A DNA stretch of 64,000 nt, from NCBI RefSeq assembly GCF_028641065.1, contig NC_073378.1, forward strand, positions 114,018,001 to 114,082,000. The letters are read 5' to 3'. The position numbers were made by a program, and so were the translations under genes. This stretch comes from Leucoraja erinacea. Taxonomy: Eukaryota. The notes below the pieces were generated by a model. It worked only from the letters and a program-made list of their open reading frames with translations, was not told the DNA's origin and did no database searches. Position 1 is the first letter of the stretch. Each line of letters starts with the position of its first letter. This document shows positions 37,126 to 50,050 of the stretch, one piece after another.

Positions 37126-38654
37126 CTATGGCTCCAACAAACATGATCCATTTCTTGTTTATTATATTGTTTACATAGTATTATGTTTACATATTCCGTT
37201 GTGCTGCTGCAAGTAAGAATTTCATTGTCCTGTCTGGGACATATGACAACAAAACACCATTGACTACTAAATGGTGATGCAGGCTCCAATGGCTGAATGG
37301 CCTTTCCTGTTTCTATTTCTTTTAGTCTTGGCACATCTGCCTCAAGACCAGGGACAATTCAATCCTAACCTAGGGTGCTGTCTGCATAAAACCTGTACAT
37401 ACGTCATGACCTCATTAGTTTTCACAATTTACTTGCACATTCCAACGACATACTGGGAGGATATCTAGCACTACAAGTTACCGCTTAGCTTAAACAAGTA
37501 GAAAAATAATCAAAGGGCAGTTGATGGACATGTGTAAGAGAAGGGCTACAGGGAAATTAGCAATGGATGGCTCTGCAGGAGGACGTTTGGGCAGAACATC
37601 TTCACTTACAAAGTCATCAGTTCTTAGCCAAAATACACACTACAAATGCCATCTTAGCTACTTAAGAAAACCCTTGTGGATTCACAATTAATTCAATTCA
37701 CAATGCTCCAAAATCTAATTTAAAAATCTGATTTCTTCTAAAGCTCAAATATCAGTTTAATGAGGATAAAGCCCTTAATACAAGATAATTTTCCTTTACC
37801 ATGGGGGAGAGACCAAAGCATAGTACATAATCAAATGTGCACCAGTATGTGCAGACATGCTCATCATCAATTTCAGGAAGTTGAGATGTAAATTTCTCAA
37901 ACAATTGCCTTGATTAAATCTAGATCTCTGTGACTGCATCGGAAATGCTGAAGCCACGTAGCTACTCAGTCATACAAGGAGACTTGAATACTATATAGCA
38001 AGCGTAAAAATGACCAGTTATCCATGTCTCAAAATGATGTTAGAACCAATCAAGGCCATTTGTTTTGAGACACTATAATAGATTAAGGAAACTATTAAGC
38101 CAATTCAGTGCAGGTAGGTACAAATGCTCAATTTTCCCCATCTTTCATTTTTCCAAATCACATTTGCAGATAATAAAGAACAAATGCACCAGCGAATCCA
38201 ACAATTAGACATCATCAGATGAGGAATACTTAAAGTTGTTATAAAAAATGAAATAATACACCAAATTGAAAGGTGTGCAATATATTGCTCATGGAAAATA
38301 GCCTCTGGGAATAACACTTCCCTCAACTAATGTCAGTATTTGCCAATGGCAAAAAAAGTAAATGTTAGATATACAATAAAATAATAACAATAAAATAAAA
38401 AGCTCAAATGCTTTGGTCATGCGACATCTGGGGAATGAGAAATACACTCAGTGTTTCAAAGTGAAGACCAGTCATGTGAAATGAAAAATATTCACTTGTT
38501 TTATGGAGAAGCTTGGTTGGGGCGGTGGGGAGAGGAAGGAAGTGAGGATGAATGGGGTAAATGGAATATCTGTGATAGGATAAAGTCAGTGTTTTCAGGC
38601 CATTGGTAGGTGGGTGGGGGTGATAATACGATCAATGGATTGTTGTTGATTGGT

Positions 38655-39110
38655 GAAAATACAATGGAGAGAATACAGAGAAGATTCACCAGGATGTTAA
38701 TGGACTTCAGTTTTGTGAAGAGATTGAATATGGCAGATTTGTTTCTCCTGCAGCAAAAGGGGGCAAGAGGCGATATGATGGAGCTATATCAAACTAAAAG
38801 GCATAGAAAGGTTAAATGGTCAAAATGTTTTCCAATAATCGAGGCATCGAAACAAGAGGTCATTGGCTTAAGATGGGGAAGCAGTTTAAAGAAGATTTGA
38901 GGAAAGGTTTTTTGTTGCAGGGAGTGGTTAATATTGGAGCATATCGCCAGAGGAGTTAACTTTAAGAGATATTTAGGCAAGCATTTAAATATGCTTGGCA
39001 TCCAAGGATTCATACTTATTATGGGCAAATGGGAGTTGTGTTGAATGACCAATAATGACCATGAATATGGTGTGCTGAAAAACGATTCAGTGCTCCATGA
39101 CTCAATTTCT
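38655..39110 (+). mobile_element. Degenerate CR1 LINE 3' fragment
   Basis: MERIQRRFTRML...RGDMMELYQ, typical of the CR1 ORF2 C-terminus. Confidence 0.7.
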
Positions 39111-41344
39111 CGAATGAAGTGCAAAATGCATGGCTATTGAACATTCCCAGCAGATTAAACCGTGGTAATGTTCAGTGAAAAACAGAGCCACTATCTCAAA
39201 TGGACGGCTTACAGCAGAAACTGTTCATTATGATAAAAAAATGAAAAGTAGTTAATCAAAGTTGCACTCTAATATCAAGAAGGATTTTTAAACAAATATG
39301 ATTAAAAAGGAGTTTAATTTTTGATGGTTTGAACAAGACCTGTATACATACCAACAGAATTGCCTTGCACAGAATTGAGTCTCAAGAATTATTAATGGAA
39401 GATCAGGTGTTGGCAGATGAGTTAAATAGGCATCTTTAATCACCCAGTCAAGAGTGTACGTAACCTCAGAAATAGCAAGAGAAAGTTGGAAGGGAGAGAG
39501 TTAAAGGGAACATCCAGAACTAGAGCACGGTCTCAACCTAAAACCTAAAACATTGACATGCAGCTTTTGCCTCCACAGATGCTGCTTGGCCCGCTGAATT
39601 ATCTAGCATTGTTTTTTTTGTTACAGAATCCAATGGCTCTAATCTTTGTGCTTTTTGAAATAGTGGTCACTGCATTAAATAACGAGTCACCGTTTTAAGA
39701 TAGTGATGAGGCAAAAATAAATAAATTCAGAGCATCATACTCTTTGGAACTATTCCTCAAAGGCCCAAGAATGTAAACAAACTCTTGATAAGCAAGGTAG
39801 ATATAAATCAGGAGTTACATTATAATTAAAGTAGATGGTATGTTAAATGGCAGAATGGGCTGGGAAATCTGAGGGGCAAGTGGCTTTCTCCTACTTACCA
39901 GCAGGATTCTTCCATGAGCTGCCTGGTTTTAATCAATTGAATTTCAGCAACATTTGGAAGTACCTTAAACTCCAGCTCTATGAACATAGATGCTGCCTCA
40001 CCCGCTGAGTTTCTCCAGCACTTTTGGTCTACCTTCGATTTTCCAGCCTCTGCAGTTCCTTCTTGAACATAACAAAACACAATGGATCTTGCTTGGCAAG
40101 CATGCGATACTTAAAGAACCTGGTACTCCCCACCACCCCTCCACTCTCCGCCTCCCCATGCTTCTCTGAAGTGAAAAGGTATTGGCATGAATAAATGTAA
40201 TGGTGCAACAGAGCATCCACAGATCTGTGGGATAAAGAATCACAACCTTCAGAGTGAACTTCTTATCTCAGTCTTAGGTGGCTGCCTCCTTATCCCAAGA
40301 CCATGTTACTTACTTCCCAACAAGCTAAATATCCTCATTGCATTTACTGTCAAGCAACCTCAGCATCTTAAGTTTCAATGAAATTACCACTAACTCTTTG
40401 AAACTTCTGAATATGTAAGCCCATTTTGCTTAACCTTTCTACTGAATACCATCTCTCATCCATGAATCATAGGTTGCAGAGTACATCGCTGCCTTATAGC
40501 GCTTTAGGATATGATTAACTCTCAACAAATGGCACACAAAATAGCAATGGTAAGGTGGGGAGAAGAAATTAAATGAAAATGACTGACAGTGACAGTGTCT
40601 GGAAGTGAGCTTGAATTTGTCTAAATGGACCCAACGAGAAAGCCACAACAATCCTGTTTCACATCCCCAGCTGTACATTAGGAAAAGTGATCACCATTTC
40701 CACTAAACAAAACAGTTATCCATGTTTACTCTATATCCTTCACCGTAAGGCAAATCAATTTCACATTGCTACTATTATTTTTAAATGCCTTTTTCCTCGA
40801 TTAATGCAATTTCAACAAAGTAAGTCATATTTCAATTTTACAGATTGCACCTTCTAGCAATTAAAATGCTATATTCAATAACAAATTAACAGGTATTTGC
40901 AATCTGTAGATGGCTCATTTCTGTATCTATGTGAACGTCCAGCACCTGTTTTGCACCGGTGAAAAGACGACATTTTAACCTTTATGGTAACACCTTTCGC
41001 AACTTCAGAAGTCCCAAGATGTACGTATGTTGGCATTTGAAGGATTAAAAAAAATATTTAAATATAAATATCACAAGAGCCTATAGATGCTAGAATCTGG
41101 AGCAAAAGACAAACTGTTGAAAGAACTCAGTGGGCCAAACAAGAGCAGGGAAAGCTAGGGATGGATTAATCTTTCAGATTGCTTTCCTGCAGGACTGGAA
41201 CATTTGGATCAGGATCATTAAAAATATGTCTTCAATCTAAAACTGGATTTCTCAACGCTGTATTATTTAATGCTAGGCGAAATCAGTCTTATTCCCCCTC
41301 TTTATTAAACCTAGGATGGATTTTATTGTATGTTTGATCTTGAT

Positions 41345-42670
41345 TTCATCAATAATTTAGATGAAGGGATTCAAAGTAACATTAGCAAATTTGCAGATGT
41401 CACAAAGCTGGCTGGCAGTGTGAACTGTGAGGAGGATGCTATGAGAATGCAGGGTGACTTGGACAGGTTGGGTGAGTGGGCAGATGCATGGCACATGCAG
41501 TTTAATGTGGATAAATGTGAGGTTATCCACTTTGGTAGCAAAAACAGGGAGGCAGATTATTATCTAAATGGTGTCAAGTTGGGAAAAGGGGAAGTACAAT
41601 GGGATCTGGGGGTCCTTGTTCATCAGTCAATGAAAGTAAGCATGCAGGTACAGCAGGCAATGAAGAAAGCGAATGGCATGTAGGCCTTCATAACAAGAGG
41701 AGCTGAGTATAGGAGCAAGGAGGTCCTTCTGCAGTTGTGCAGGGCCCTAGTGAGACCACATCTGTAGTATTGTGTGCAGTTTTGGTCTCCTAATTTGAGG
41801 AAGGACATTCTTGCTATTGAGAGAATGAAGCATAGGTTTACAAGGTTTATTCGCGGGATGGCGGGACTGTCATATGCTGAGAGAATGGAGCGGCTGGGCT
41901 TGTATACTCTGGAATTTAAAAGGATAGAAACATAGAAAATAGGTGCAGGAGTAGGCGATTCGGCCCTTCGAGCCTGCACCGCAATTCAATATGATCATGG
42001 CTGATCATCCAACTCAGTATCCTGTACCTGCCTTCTCTCCATACCCCCTGATCCCTTTAGCCACAAGGGCCACATCTAACTCCCTCTTAAATATAGCCAA
42101 TGAACTAGCCTCAACTACCTTCTGTGGCAGAGAGTTCCGGAGATTCACCACTCTCTGTGTGAAAAATGTTTTTCTCATCTCGGTCCTAAAGGATTTCCCC
42201 ATTATCCTTAAACTGTGACCCCTTGTCCTGGACTTCCCCAACATCGGGAACAATCTTCCTGCATCTAGCCTGTCCAACCCCTTAACAATTGTGTAAGTTT
42301 ATGAGAGGGGATGATAGAAACATATAAGATTATTAAGGGTTTGGACACACTAGAGGCAGGAAACCTTCCCGATGTTGGGGGTGTCCAGAACCAGGGGCCA
42401 CAGTTTAAGAATAAGGGGCAAGCCATTTAGAACAGAGATAAGGAATCACTTTTTCACACAGAGAGTGGCGAGTCTGTGGAATTCTCTGCCTCAGAGGGCC
42501 GTGGAGGCCGGTTCTCTGGATACTTTCAAGAGAGAGCTAGATAGGACTCTTAAAGATAGCGTAGGATAAGGCAGGAGTGGGTACTAATTGGGGTGATCAG
42601 CATGATCACATTGAATGGCGGTGCTGGCACAAAGGGCCGCATGGCCTACTCCTGCACCTATTGTCTATTG
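41345..42670 (+). mobile_element. CR1 LINE RT 3' portion with a nested antisense CR1 3' end
   Basis: FINNLDEGIQSNISKFADVTKL...MQFNVDKCEVIHFG...TRGHSLRIRG; tail cctactcctgcacctattgtctattgtc. Confidence 0.92.
41925..42298 (-). mobile_element. CR1 LINE 3' end inserted in inverse orientation
   Basis: ORF 42014-42277 DRLDAGRLFPMLGKSRTRGHSLRI...FFTQRVVNL; tail tagaaacatagaaaatagg on the + strand. Confidence 0.9.
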
Positions 42671-43864
42671 TCACCATTCTGCTTTATCTTCCCTGGCTAA
42701 TCTTCCCTGGCATCTCATACTTCAACAATGAACTCTTCATACTATGTCAACTTTATGCCAATTCTTAGCTGCAAACACAGCTTCAGTCCTGCACATTACC
42801 GTTGGTGTAGGAGCATGTACCCAAAGGGATTGGCTTCAATCACTTTCCTAAAAAAAATTCCAACTTCTATTTTTCTCCCTGTTTTTAAACACAATACTCC
42901 AAATGTGGCCTTCCACTAAAGAAACCAGTTATTCATATTTACTCCATTTCCTCCACCGTAAGGCAAATCAATTTGACATTGCTCAAGTCTAGATGGACTA
43001 ATTCACATTTTCAAATGACATATGTAAGCTTCCAAGAACAAATCAGAGAATTCCACACTAACAATACAGAATTTACCAATGAAAATGCAGGTCTACCTGG
43101 AAGGTCTTCCAAGGTGAGCCCCATTTATTAATAGGAAATAATAAAGTAATTTTCTTTGAATTTCTTGTTAAGTGAAAGTGTTCAGAAGTCAGTAAAAGTA
43201 CAAAAACCCAATTTGCTTTCTTCAACTCTTCCCAATGGGAGTGGATGATTTTGAACTTGCTGCTTTAAAACAGATTGCATCAACGATGAAGAGGCAGGCT
43301 CTATCCCAAGTTGGAAGAAAAAATATGCCAGACTCTATTGGAAGACCTGCACATGATGCGCCCACTTTTTTAATAGAAATAAAATGTTGGGAAAATGAGA
43401 ACATTTCTGATTGGTAAATCAATATATTTTTCATGGCAAAGGACAGAAAATATCATCTTGTGTGGACGTATAGCTGACACTAAAGATAAGAGTTTAATAA
43501 ATTCCACTGTGTTACATACATACTCGAGAATGAGACATAACATGGATTCATCCAGAGTCTGACAAATGTACCCAAAGGAGTAGCAATACTATTCATAGAC
43601 ACAGGCTCACCTTAGAGAGACTACAATTTAAGTGTTTGAAAAGATCAGACTGATAAAGAGGCACAGAAATCAGAAATGGCTCCTATAATGTTTAAAATTA
43701 AGCCAGAAGTCCGTCAATACCCCATTTTGTCACCTATCACGAGGCAAAGATCACATCATTAGTTGCTGATATTTTTCCTGATCAACATCTCTCTGCAGTG
43801 CCAAGGCCATAAAAGCACAAAAACCAAAACCTGTCTACTTTTAGGATGTACTTTTCAAGGAGAA

Positions 43865-43953
43865 TCTTGCGATAACAAAACGATGCGATAGAATTTAATT
43901 TATCCCAGGATGGTATTAAAGTGAGGAGTGGAAAGGATTGGGGATGTACAAAG

Positions 43954-43989
<36 letters not shown>

Positions 43990-44895
43990 GGAAATCAGTC
44001 TCAGTTGACACCATGACAGAAGGGGAGGAGTTGTACAGTTTGATAGCCACAGAGAAGAAGGATCTCCTGTGGCGTTCTGTCCTGCATCTTGGTGGGACCA
44101 GTCCTGAAGGTACTCCTCAGGTTGACCAGTGTGTCATGGAGGGGTGAGCTGTATTGTCCAGCATCCTCCTCGCCAAGACCTCCTCCAATGAATCGAACTC
44201 CGCCCCCGGGACGGAGCCAGCCTTCCTGATGAGTTTGTTCATTCTATTGGCGTCCATGGCCTTCGCTCTGCTGCCCCAGCACACGGCAGCGAAGAAGGTG
44301 GCACTGGCTACCACCGATTGGTAGAACATCTGCAGCATCTTACTGCAGACGTTGAAGGAGCGGAGCCTTTTCAAACGGTACAGGCGGCTCTGTCAATTCT
44401 TGTACAGGGTCTCACCGTTCCTGGACCAGTCCAGTTTACTGTCCGGGTACACTCCAAGGTATTTGTGCTCCTTGGTACACTGCACATCTACACCATTGTT
44501 GGAGACAGGAGACAGGGGTATTCCTCTCCTCTTAAAGTCCAACACCAACTCCTTAGCCTTGTCAGTGTTGAACTGTAGGTGATTCAGCCCACACCGCTCA
44601 ACAAAGTCGTTGACTACACCTCTGTGTTCAGCATCCCTCCCCTCACTGATGCAGCCCACAACTTGTAGAGTCATCTGAAAACTTCTGCAGGAGGCAGGTC
44701 ACAGAGTTATATCTGAAGTCAGAGGTGTAGGTGGTGAACAGGAAGGGAGAGAGGACCGTCCCCTGTGGGGCCACTGCATTGCTCACTACCATGTCCGAGA
44801 CACAGTTCTGTAGCCAGACATATTGCAGTTGTCCAGTCAGGTAGTTGGCAATCCAGGACACCAATGCAGCATCCAACCACATCTTCGTCAGTTTG
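43865..44895 (-). mobile_element. Rex1/Babar-type LINE RT 3' fragment with a C-run in its 3' UTR
   Basis: APQGTVLSPFLFTTYTSDF, QKFSDD, KYLGVY and RLRSFNVCSKML in shifted frames. Confidence 0.88.
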
Positions 44896-45077
44896 AAAGT
44901 GATGAATTTGAGATTGTTAAAAGTGATTGTCTTGAGGACAGTATTATGGTTAAGTAGGTGCTGGACATCCTAAGGCATATAAATGTAGATAAATTACCCG
45001 AGCCTGACCAAATATATCCGGGGACGCTGTGGGAAGTTAGAGAAGAAATTGCAGAAGCCCTGATGGAGATATATCAA

Positions 45078-45508
45078 GGGAGGTAGGGAGGTGGGGAGGG
45101 GAGGGGTGGAGGAGGGAGGGGTGGGGAGGGAGGAGGGAGGGGGGGGTGGAGGAGGAGGAAGATGGGGAGGGGTGGAGGAGGGAGATGGGGAAGGGTGGAG
45201 GGGGGGAAGATGGGGAGGGGTGAAGGGAGATACCCCCTCTATCTACCCTCACTCCCACCCTCTCTACACCCTCACCTCCCTCCCCCTCTACCCCCCCCCT
45301 CCCTCTCAAGGGATTGAAGAGGGAGGGTAAAGAGGAGGAGGAGGGGGGAGTGCTGGGGGATGAGGAGAAATGAGCCGCGCCTGTGCAGTTGGTGGTTATG
45401 CGTGAGTGGTGCAATATTGCGTTGGGAGAACGGCTTGCGTTGGGGGAACGGGTGAGTGGTGGAATCTTGCGTTTGGGAGCAGGCCCAACGGGTCTGCCCT
45501 TGGTCTAG
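45078..45508 (+). mobile_element. Putative non-autonomous Helitron/Helentron with a low-complexity purine/pyrimidine interior
   Basis: Ends in the hairpin GCAGGCCC-AAC-GGGTCTGC (45479-45497) followed by ...ggtCTAG (45505-45508); the left boundary is uncertain. Confidence 0.55.
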
Positions 45509-45749
45509 ACTTCCATAAACGTCAACTCCGTTTCTCCTTCCAAAGACGAGGCCTAATCTGCTACATATTTTTTTTAACAGTTAAAAACGTTTTTTGTTAC
45601 TGCAAGCTTAAAAATGGATTGATTGATACTTTCTTTGTTTTGCAGACCTTTCACAAAGTATACAAAGTGTTAGAAAGTGTCAAATGTAGTCCCAATGGCC
45701 CCTCTTTGTTCTCCGGGTCTCGCTATAGAGTGTGATTGAGTAAGCCAGC

Positions 45750-46070
45750 ACTTTATTCCTATGAGCACAGGAGACAAAGTAGTGATCTTATAGAGGTGTA
45801 TAAAATCATGAGGCAAATTAACAGGGTGAATTCACAGAGTCTTTTACCCAGAGTGGGAGAATCAAAAACCGGAGGACATGGGTCTAAGGTGAGAGGGAAA
45901 AGACTGAGGGGCCCTGAAGGGCAACTTTTCACTCAGAGGTTGGTGGGTATATGGAATAAACTACCAGGGAAGGAAGTTTATGTATAATGACAACATTTAA
46001 AAGACTCTTGGACAGGCATATTGATAGGAAAGGTTTAGAGGGCTATGGTCATATACTAGCTTAGATAGAA
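45750..46070 (+). mobile_element. CR1 LINE 3' fragment
   Basis: DLIEVYKIM...SKTGGHGSKVRG...FTQRLVGIWNKLP. Confidence 0.82.
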
Positions 46071-46184
46071 CGAGTTTGGCCAGACTCTTACTATAAGCAT
46101 TAATCACACCCCAATACAATGGAGTGTCTTAAATCCTATTTAATTTCCCCCTTTGTTGTCATAGGTTCATAGATTAATACAGTG

Positions 46185-46412
46185 TGGGTTTTTAATGCGT
46201 TTCAATGCCAGCATGTGGAGATGGGGGCTCCGCCAGAGCCCAGGCTGTGAATGCGGAGCAGAACAACAGACGGCCAACTACGTCATCTCTGAGTGCCCGC
46301 TCTACCACCCACCAAATGGAGCTCAGGGCCTGGCAGACCACAACCTGGCTGCTCAACACCCGGCTTGAGATCTAACTATTCCGTTGGTTTAGTTACGTTT
46401 CATTCGCAAGGA
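46185..46412 (+). mobile_element. Vingi/ingi-like LINE C-terminal fragment (CCHC zinc knuckle)
   Basis: Translates as WRWGLRQSPGCECGAEQQTANYVISECPLYHPPNG, a Cx1Cx7(H/Y)x4C pattern, followed by a short 3' UTR. Confidence 0.6.
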
Positions 46413-48112
46413 GAGTGGAAACAGGCCCTTCGTCCCAACTCGCCCATACCAGCCAACAATGTCCCAGCTACCCTAGTCCCATTTGCCTGCGCTTGATCCA
46501 TAACCCTTCAAACCTGTCCTATCCATGCATTGATATTGTTTGTTCTTTACAATACCTTCCTCAATTGAAGGTGCTAATTCCTCTGGATGATTTCGTAGGT
46601 GCACAAAGATTTGTGTATATTTTTTCTTGTTGCTAAATTCAACATTTTAAATGTGCAAAGCCTTAAAAAGCCTTCTGATTAAACCATTTTAATGTGCCTA
46701 CAAGTTCTTCTAAGGCCTGACCCCCATCTCATTCCAGTGTGCTCCAGTCCACAACCTCCAGAGAACTTTCCACTTCTGGCCATAAATCCTCAACCCATTC
46801 CACTGATAGCTTCACCTCTCCTCAAGCTGCTTGTAAAGTCTACTTCTTAGTCCTATCTTTCAGTCACATATCCCATTATCTTTGGAACCTCAGTACCCAA
46901 ATGAAATGCATGTATACCTATGAAACACCCGAGGGCAAGTGTCAATGGCACTTAGATGCAGCCCATTGTGGAATTTGGGCAACGTGGCTTCTAAGAGCAT
47001 AAATGACAAAGCTTCTTTCAATTATTTTACACTTTAATATTTACTCCTCAATGATTTGTAACACATCATATGAGCTAATAGGCCTGTCATATTTCAGTAT
47101 TTAACCAGTTATCTAATAGCTTAAACCTAAATGTAAAAAAGTACATTAATGTACAATCAATATAGTTGAAAATTAATGCATTAAATCTGACAGGACAACA
47201 GATTCAATATTTCGTTACAGTAAAAAATAACCTCTACACAAGAATCAGGAAGTGATTTTTTTATTACAAGTTCTGTGATACAACTATTACTTTTTCAAAC
47301 CATTTTATTCTGACCTCGAAACATAACTACAGCTATAAGAACAATCAATACAACTATACTTCAATTGATTACTGACAAATGAAGGATAAAGCAACTGTCA
47401 CTGCCCCACAGTAAACACTATTCTGAGGGAAGATGCAGACCACGGTCTGCAAGATGGGGGTAACATAAATCACTACACATTATATACTCCACTGCACGCG
47501 TCTCTCCTTTCATTGCGACCCATTTCAAATGTTTGTTTAGCTGTAATCTGACATTTAAAGTGAAATTAACGAACAAGTCATAATCACAATATTTAAATAT
47601 CATTCAGTAACTGACTCCTAAAGTTGTAAATATATCGAAAATATCTTGTTTGGTTTTTGTAGAGAAACTGCATTCAGCGCTCATTGTAAACTCCATTAGA
47701 TGAAAGTGTTTTCCAAAAACAAACAAGAAATTGCAGAGTATGTTGTAACTTCCATTTAAAATATTACGCTGGCAACAAAAAAATCCACAATCTTAATGGT
47801 CCATACCCCACCCCCAGCCAATGCAATAAAACTTATCCTCATGATCCAACTAAAATGAAGAGGGGGCGGAACACTGCTGGCAAAAATAGTGCCGACCCTA
47901 AGGCTGAGCAAAAATCCTGGCATGGATCAGTTTAAGATCCGGATTCAAAAACTGACACATGGCGACGGTCTCAGAATGAATTGAAACTTAACCCATTACA
48001 CGCCAAAATTCTTAACCAAGCTCAAGGGAAGACAGGAATCATTACTTGTTTCTGGACAAGATTTTTAACTTCAAGTGTGGCTGTGGTACGGTATGTGGTA
48101 TGATGTCGCCAT

Positions 48113-48205
48113 CAGTCTGAAGAAGGGTCTTGACCTGAAACGTTACCCTTTCTCTCCGGTTATGTTGCATCACCCGCTGAGTTACTCCAGCATTTTGTGT
48201 CTACC
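48113..48205 (+). ncRNA. Minimal type-I hammerhead ribozyme motif at the head of a Penelope-like mini-element; best-preserved copy
   Basis: cagt CTGAAGA A GGGTC TT GACCT GAAA C GTT^ACC: CUGANGA box, helix II, GAAA box, palindromic ACGU helix III and an NUH triplet ending at 48144. Confidence 0.65.
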
Positions 48206-48684
48206 TATACAGCAATTAACTTCAACATCTCGATGAAAGCCTCCCTTTAGCAGTATTTTCATCACATTACGTTCCAATGTTGATCAAGCACCTTCATATG
48301 ATTCCATTGATACACAAAATGCAATTGTTCCATATTAAATTTAAAGGCGGACTAGGTTTCTACATTAAAAAATAAACCTAACTTAACTATGATAAATACA
48401 GCAAATGGTCAGGAGGACAGAGGGAGAGTTTCAGATCAATTAACTTTTATCAGAAACAAACGGTTAATGCTGGGGAAATTAAAATAAGCTTACGGCATAC
48501 GGATAAAGAGAATGGTGATGGGACAAGAAACTAATACAGGATATAGACAGAAGTGTATTTGCAATAACCGAATCATTATATAACTTAATGTTGAGTCCAC
48601 AGGCCGCTATGCTCAGTTGAATGTTGAGTCATTGCTCCTGGCACAGCAGTACTGCTGTTGAGAAGAGGTTAGGTCAGAACGTAA

Positions 48685-49170
48685 TTGAGTCATGCAGCGA
48701 GGACACAGGCCCTTCAGCCCAATTTATCCATGCCAACCAAATTGGCATTATATCTAATTTGCATGCATTTGGCCAAAATCCCTCTAAACCCTTTCTATTC
48801 ATACATCTGTCCAAATATCTTTTGAAAGTTGTAATTGTATCCACTTGTATCTCCCAGCAGGCAAGAGGTACATAAGTTTGAAAACACATACTTCCAGATT
48901 CATGGACAGTTTCTTCCCAGCTGTTATCAGGCAACTGATCAGACCATTTGTCAGCTAGAATGCAATCCTAACCTTCCATCTACCCCATTGGAAACCTTTG
49001 AACTATTTTTAATTAGGCTTTATCTTGCACTAAATATTGTGTCCTTTACCTGTGCACTGTGGACGGCTTGTTGATAACTATGTATTGTATTTTCTTTGAC
49101 TGGCTAGCACGCAACAAAAGCTTTTCACTGGACCTCGGTACACATGACAATAACAAACTAAACTAAACCT
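48685..49170. mobile_element. Antisense CR1 3' end interrupted by a Rex1/Babar 3' end
   Basis: gacacaggcccttcagcccaa...cctctaaaccctttc, then ggacagtttcttcccagctgttatcaggcaactga...tgacaataacaaactaaactaaac. Confidence 0.7.
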
Positions 49171-49958
49171 AAGCTTCCTCCAGCAGCTCATTCCAGACGT
49201 GGACTACCTTCTTAATGAAAAAGACGGCCAAGGTCCCTATTCAATCAAGATAGGTCGACTGTATCAGAGTTCACTTGAGTTTATAGAGAGAGGGGGGGGA
49301 GGGGGGAAAGAGAAGAGGGTTGTCTAAATGAAACAAAATTTGGCAGGGTTTGATAGATTGGGTGCATGGAGAATGTTTCTATTGGATATGGGCCACGGGC
49401 TCAGGTTGCAGGACAAGAAATTTAGGTCCAAGAAGTGAAGAAATTTCTCCAGAAGGTGATGAAATTATGGAATTTGCTACCGCAATGGGGTGCAAAGGGG
49501 AAGTCATTGAATATATTTAAGATAGAATGCTAACTTTGTATACGCAAAACAATCAAGAGGTATGGACTAAGTCTAGAAAATACAGCATTGGAGACCGATG
49601 ATCACTGCGATCGTAGTGAAAGCTTCTTCTGCTCCTGCTTTCTATGTGTCTATGGTTAAGTTTGATGAGGCCAATACAGGAAGCTAACAAAAATTTAAGA
49701 GTGTGGAGTACAGAATTACAAGAGAAACTGTCATTCTTTTCAATTAAATTGAGATACGACTCAAACCAATCATGTAATCTGGATTCCGTCCTAACTGTCT
49801 TACTGTCTCCACTCCCTACCCATTTCCACTCAATTACCTAAAGACAACCAGGCACTAGTAACTAAAACTTCAATTAGATCAATATTTCAACAAGGCAGTA
49901 TTCAAGGCTCTGCACAGTAGCATGGTGTAGGAACAAAAATAGAAGACGTACTAGAAAG

Positions 49959-50050
49959 TAGACAAAAGTCTACTGGGGAAACTCAGCGGGTGCAGCAGCA
50001 TCTATGGAGCGAAGGAAATAGGCAACGTTTTGGGCTGAAACCCTTCTTCT
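49959..50050 (-). mobile_element. 92-bp Penelope-like mini-element that begins at the hammerhead core, with a 15-bp TSD
   Basis: agacgtactagaaag at 49944-49958 and 50051-50065; the minus strand reads agaagaagggtttcagcccaaaacgttgcctatttcc...ttttgtcta. Confidence 0.82.

Noticed and set aside
47445-47460. Perfect small hairpin GCAGACC-AC-GGTCTGC
   Set aside because: A single 7-bp stem is expected by chance in 64 kb and has no supporting context.
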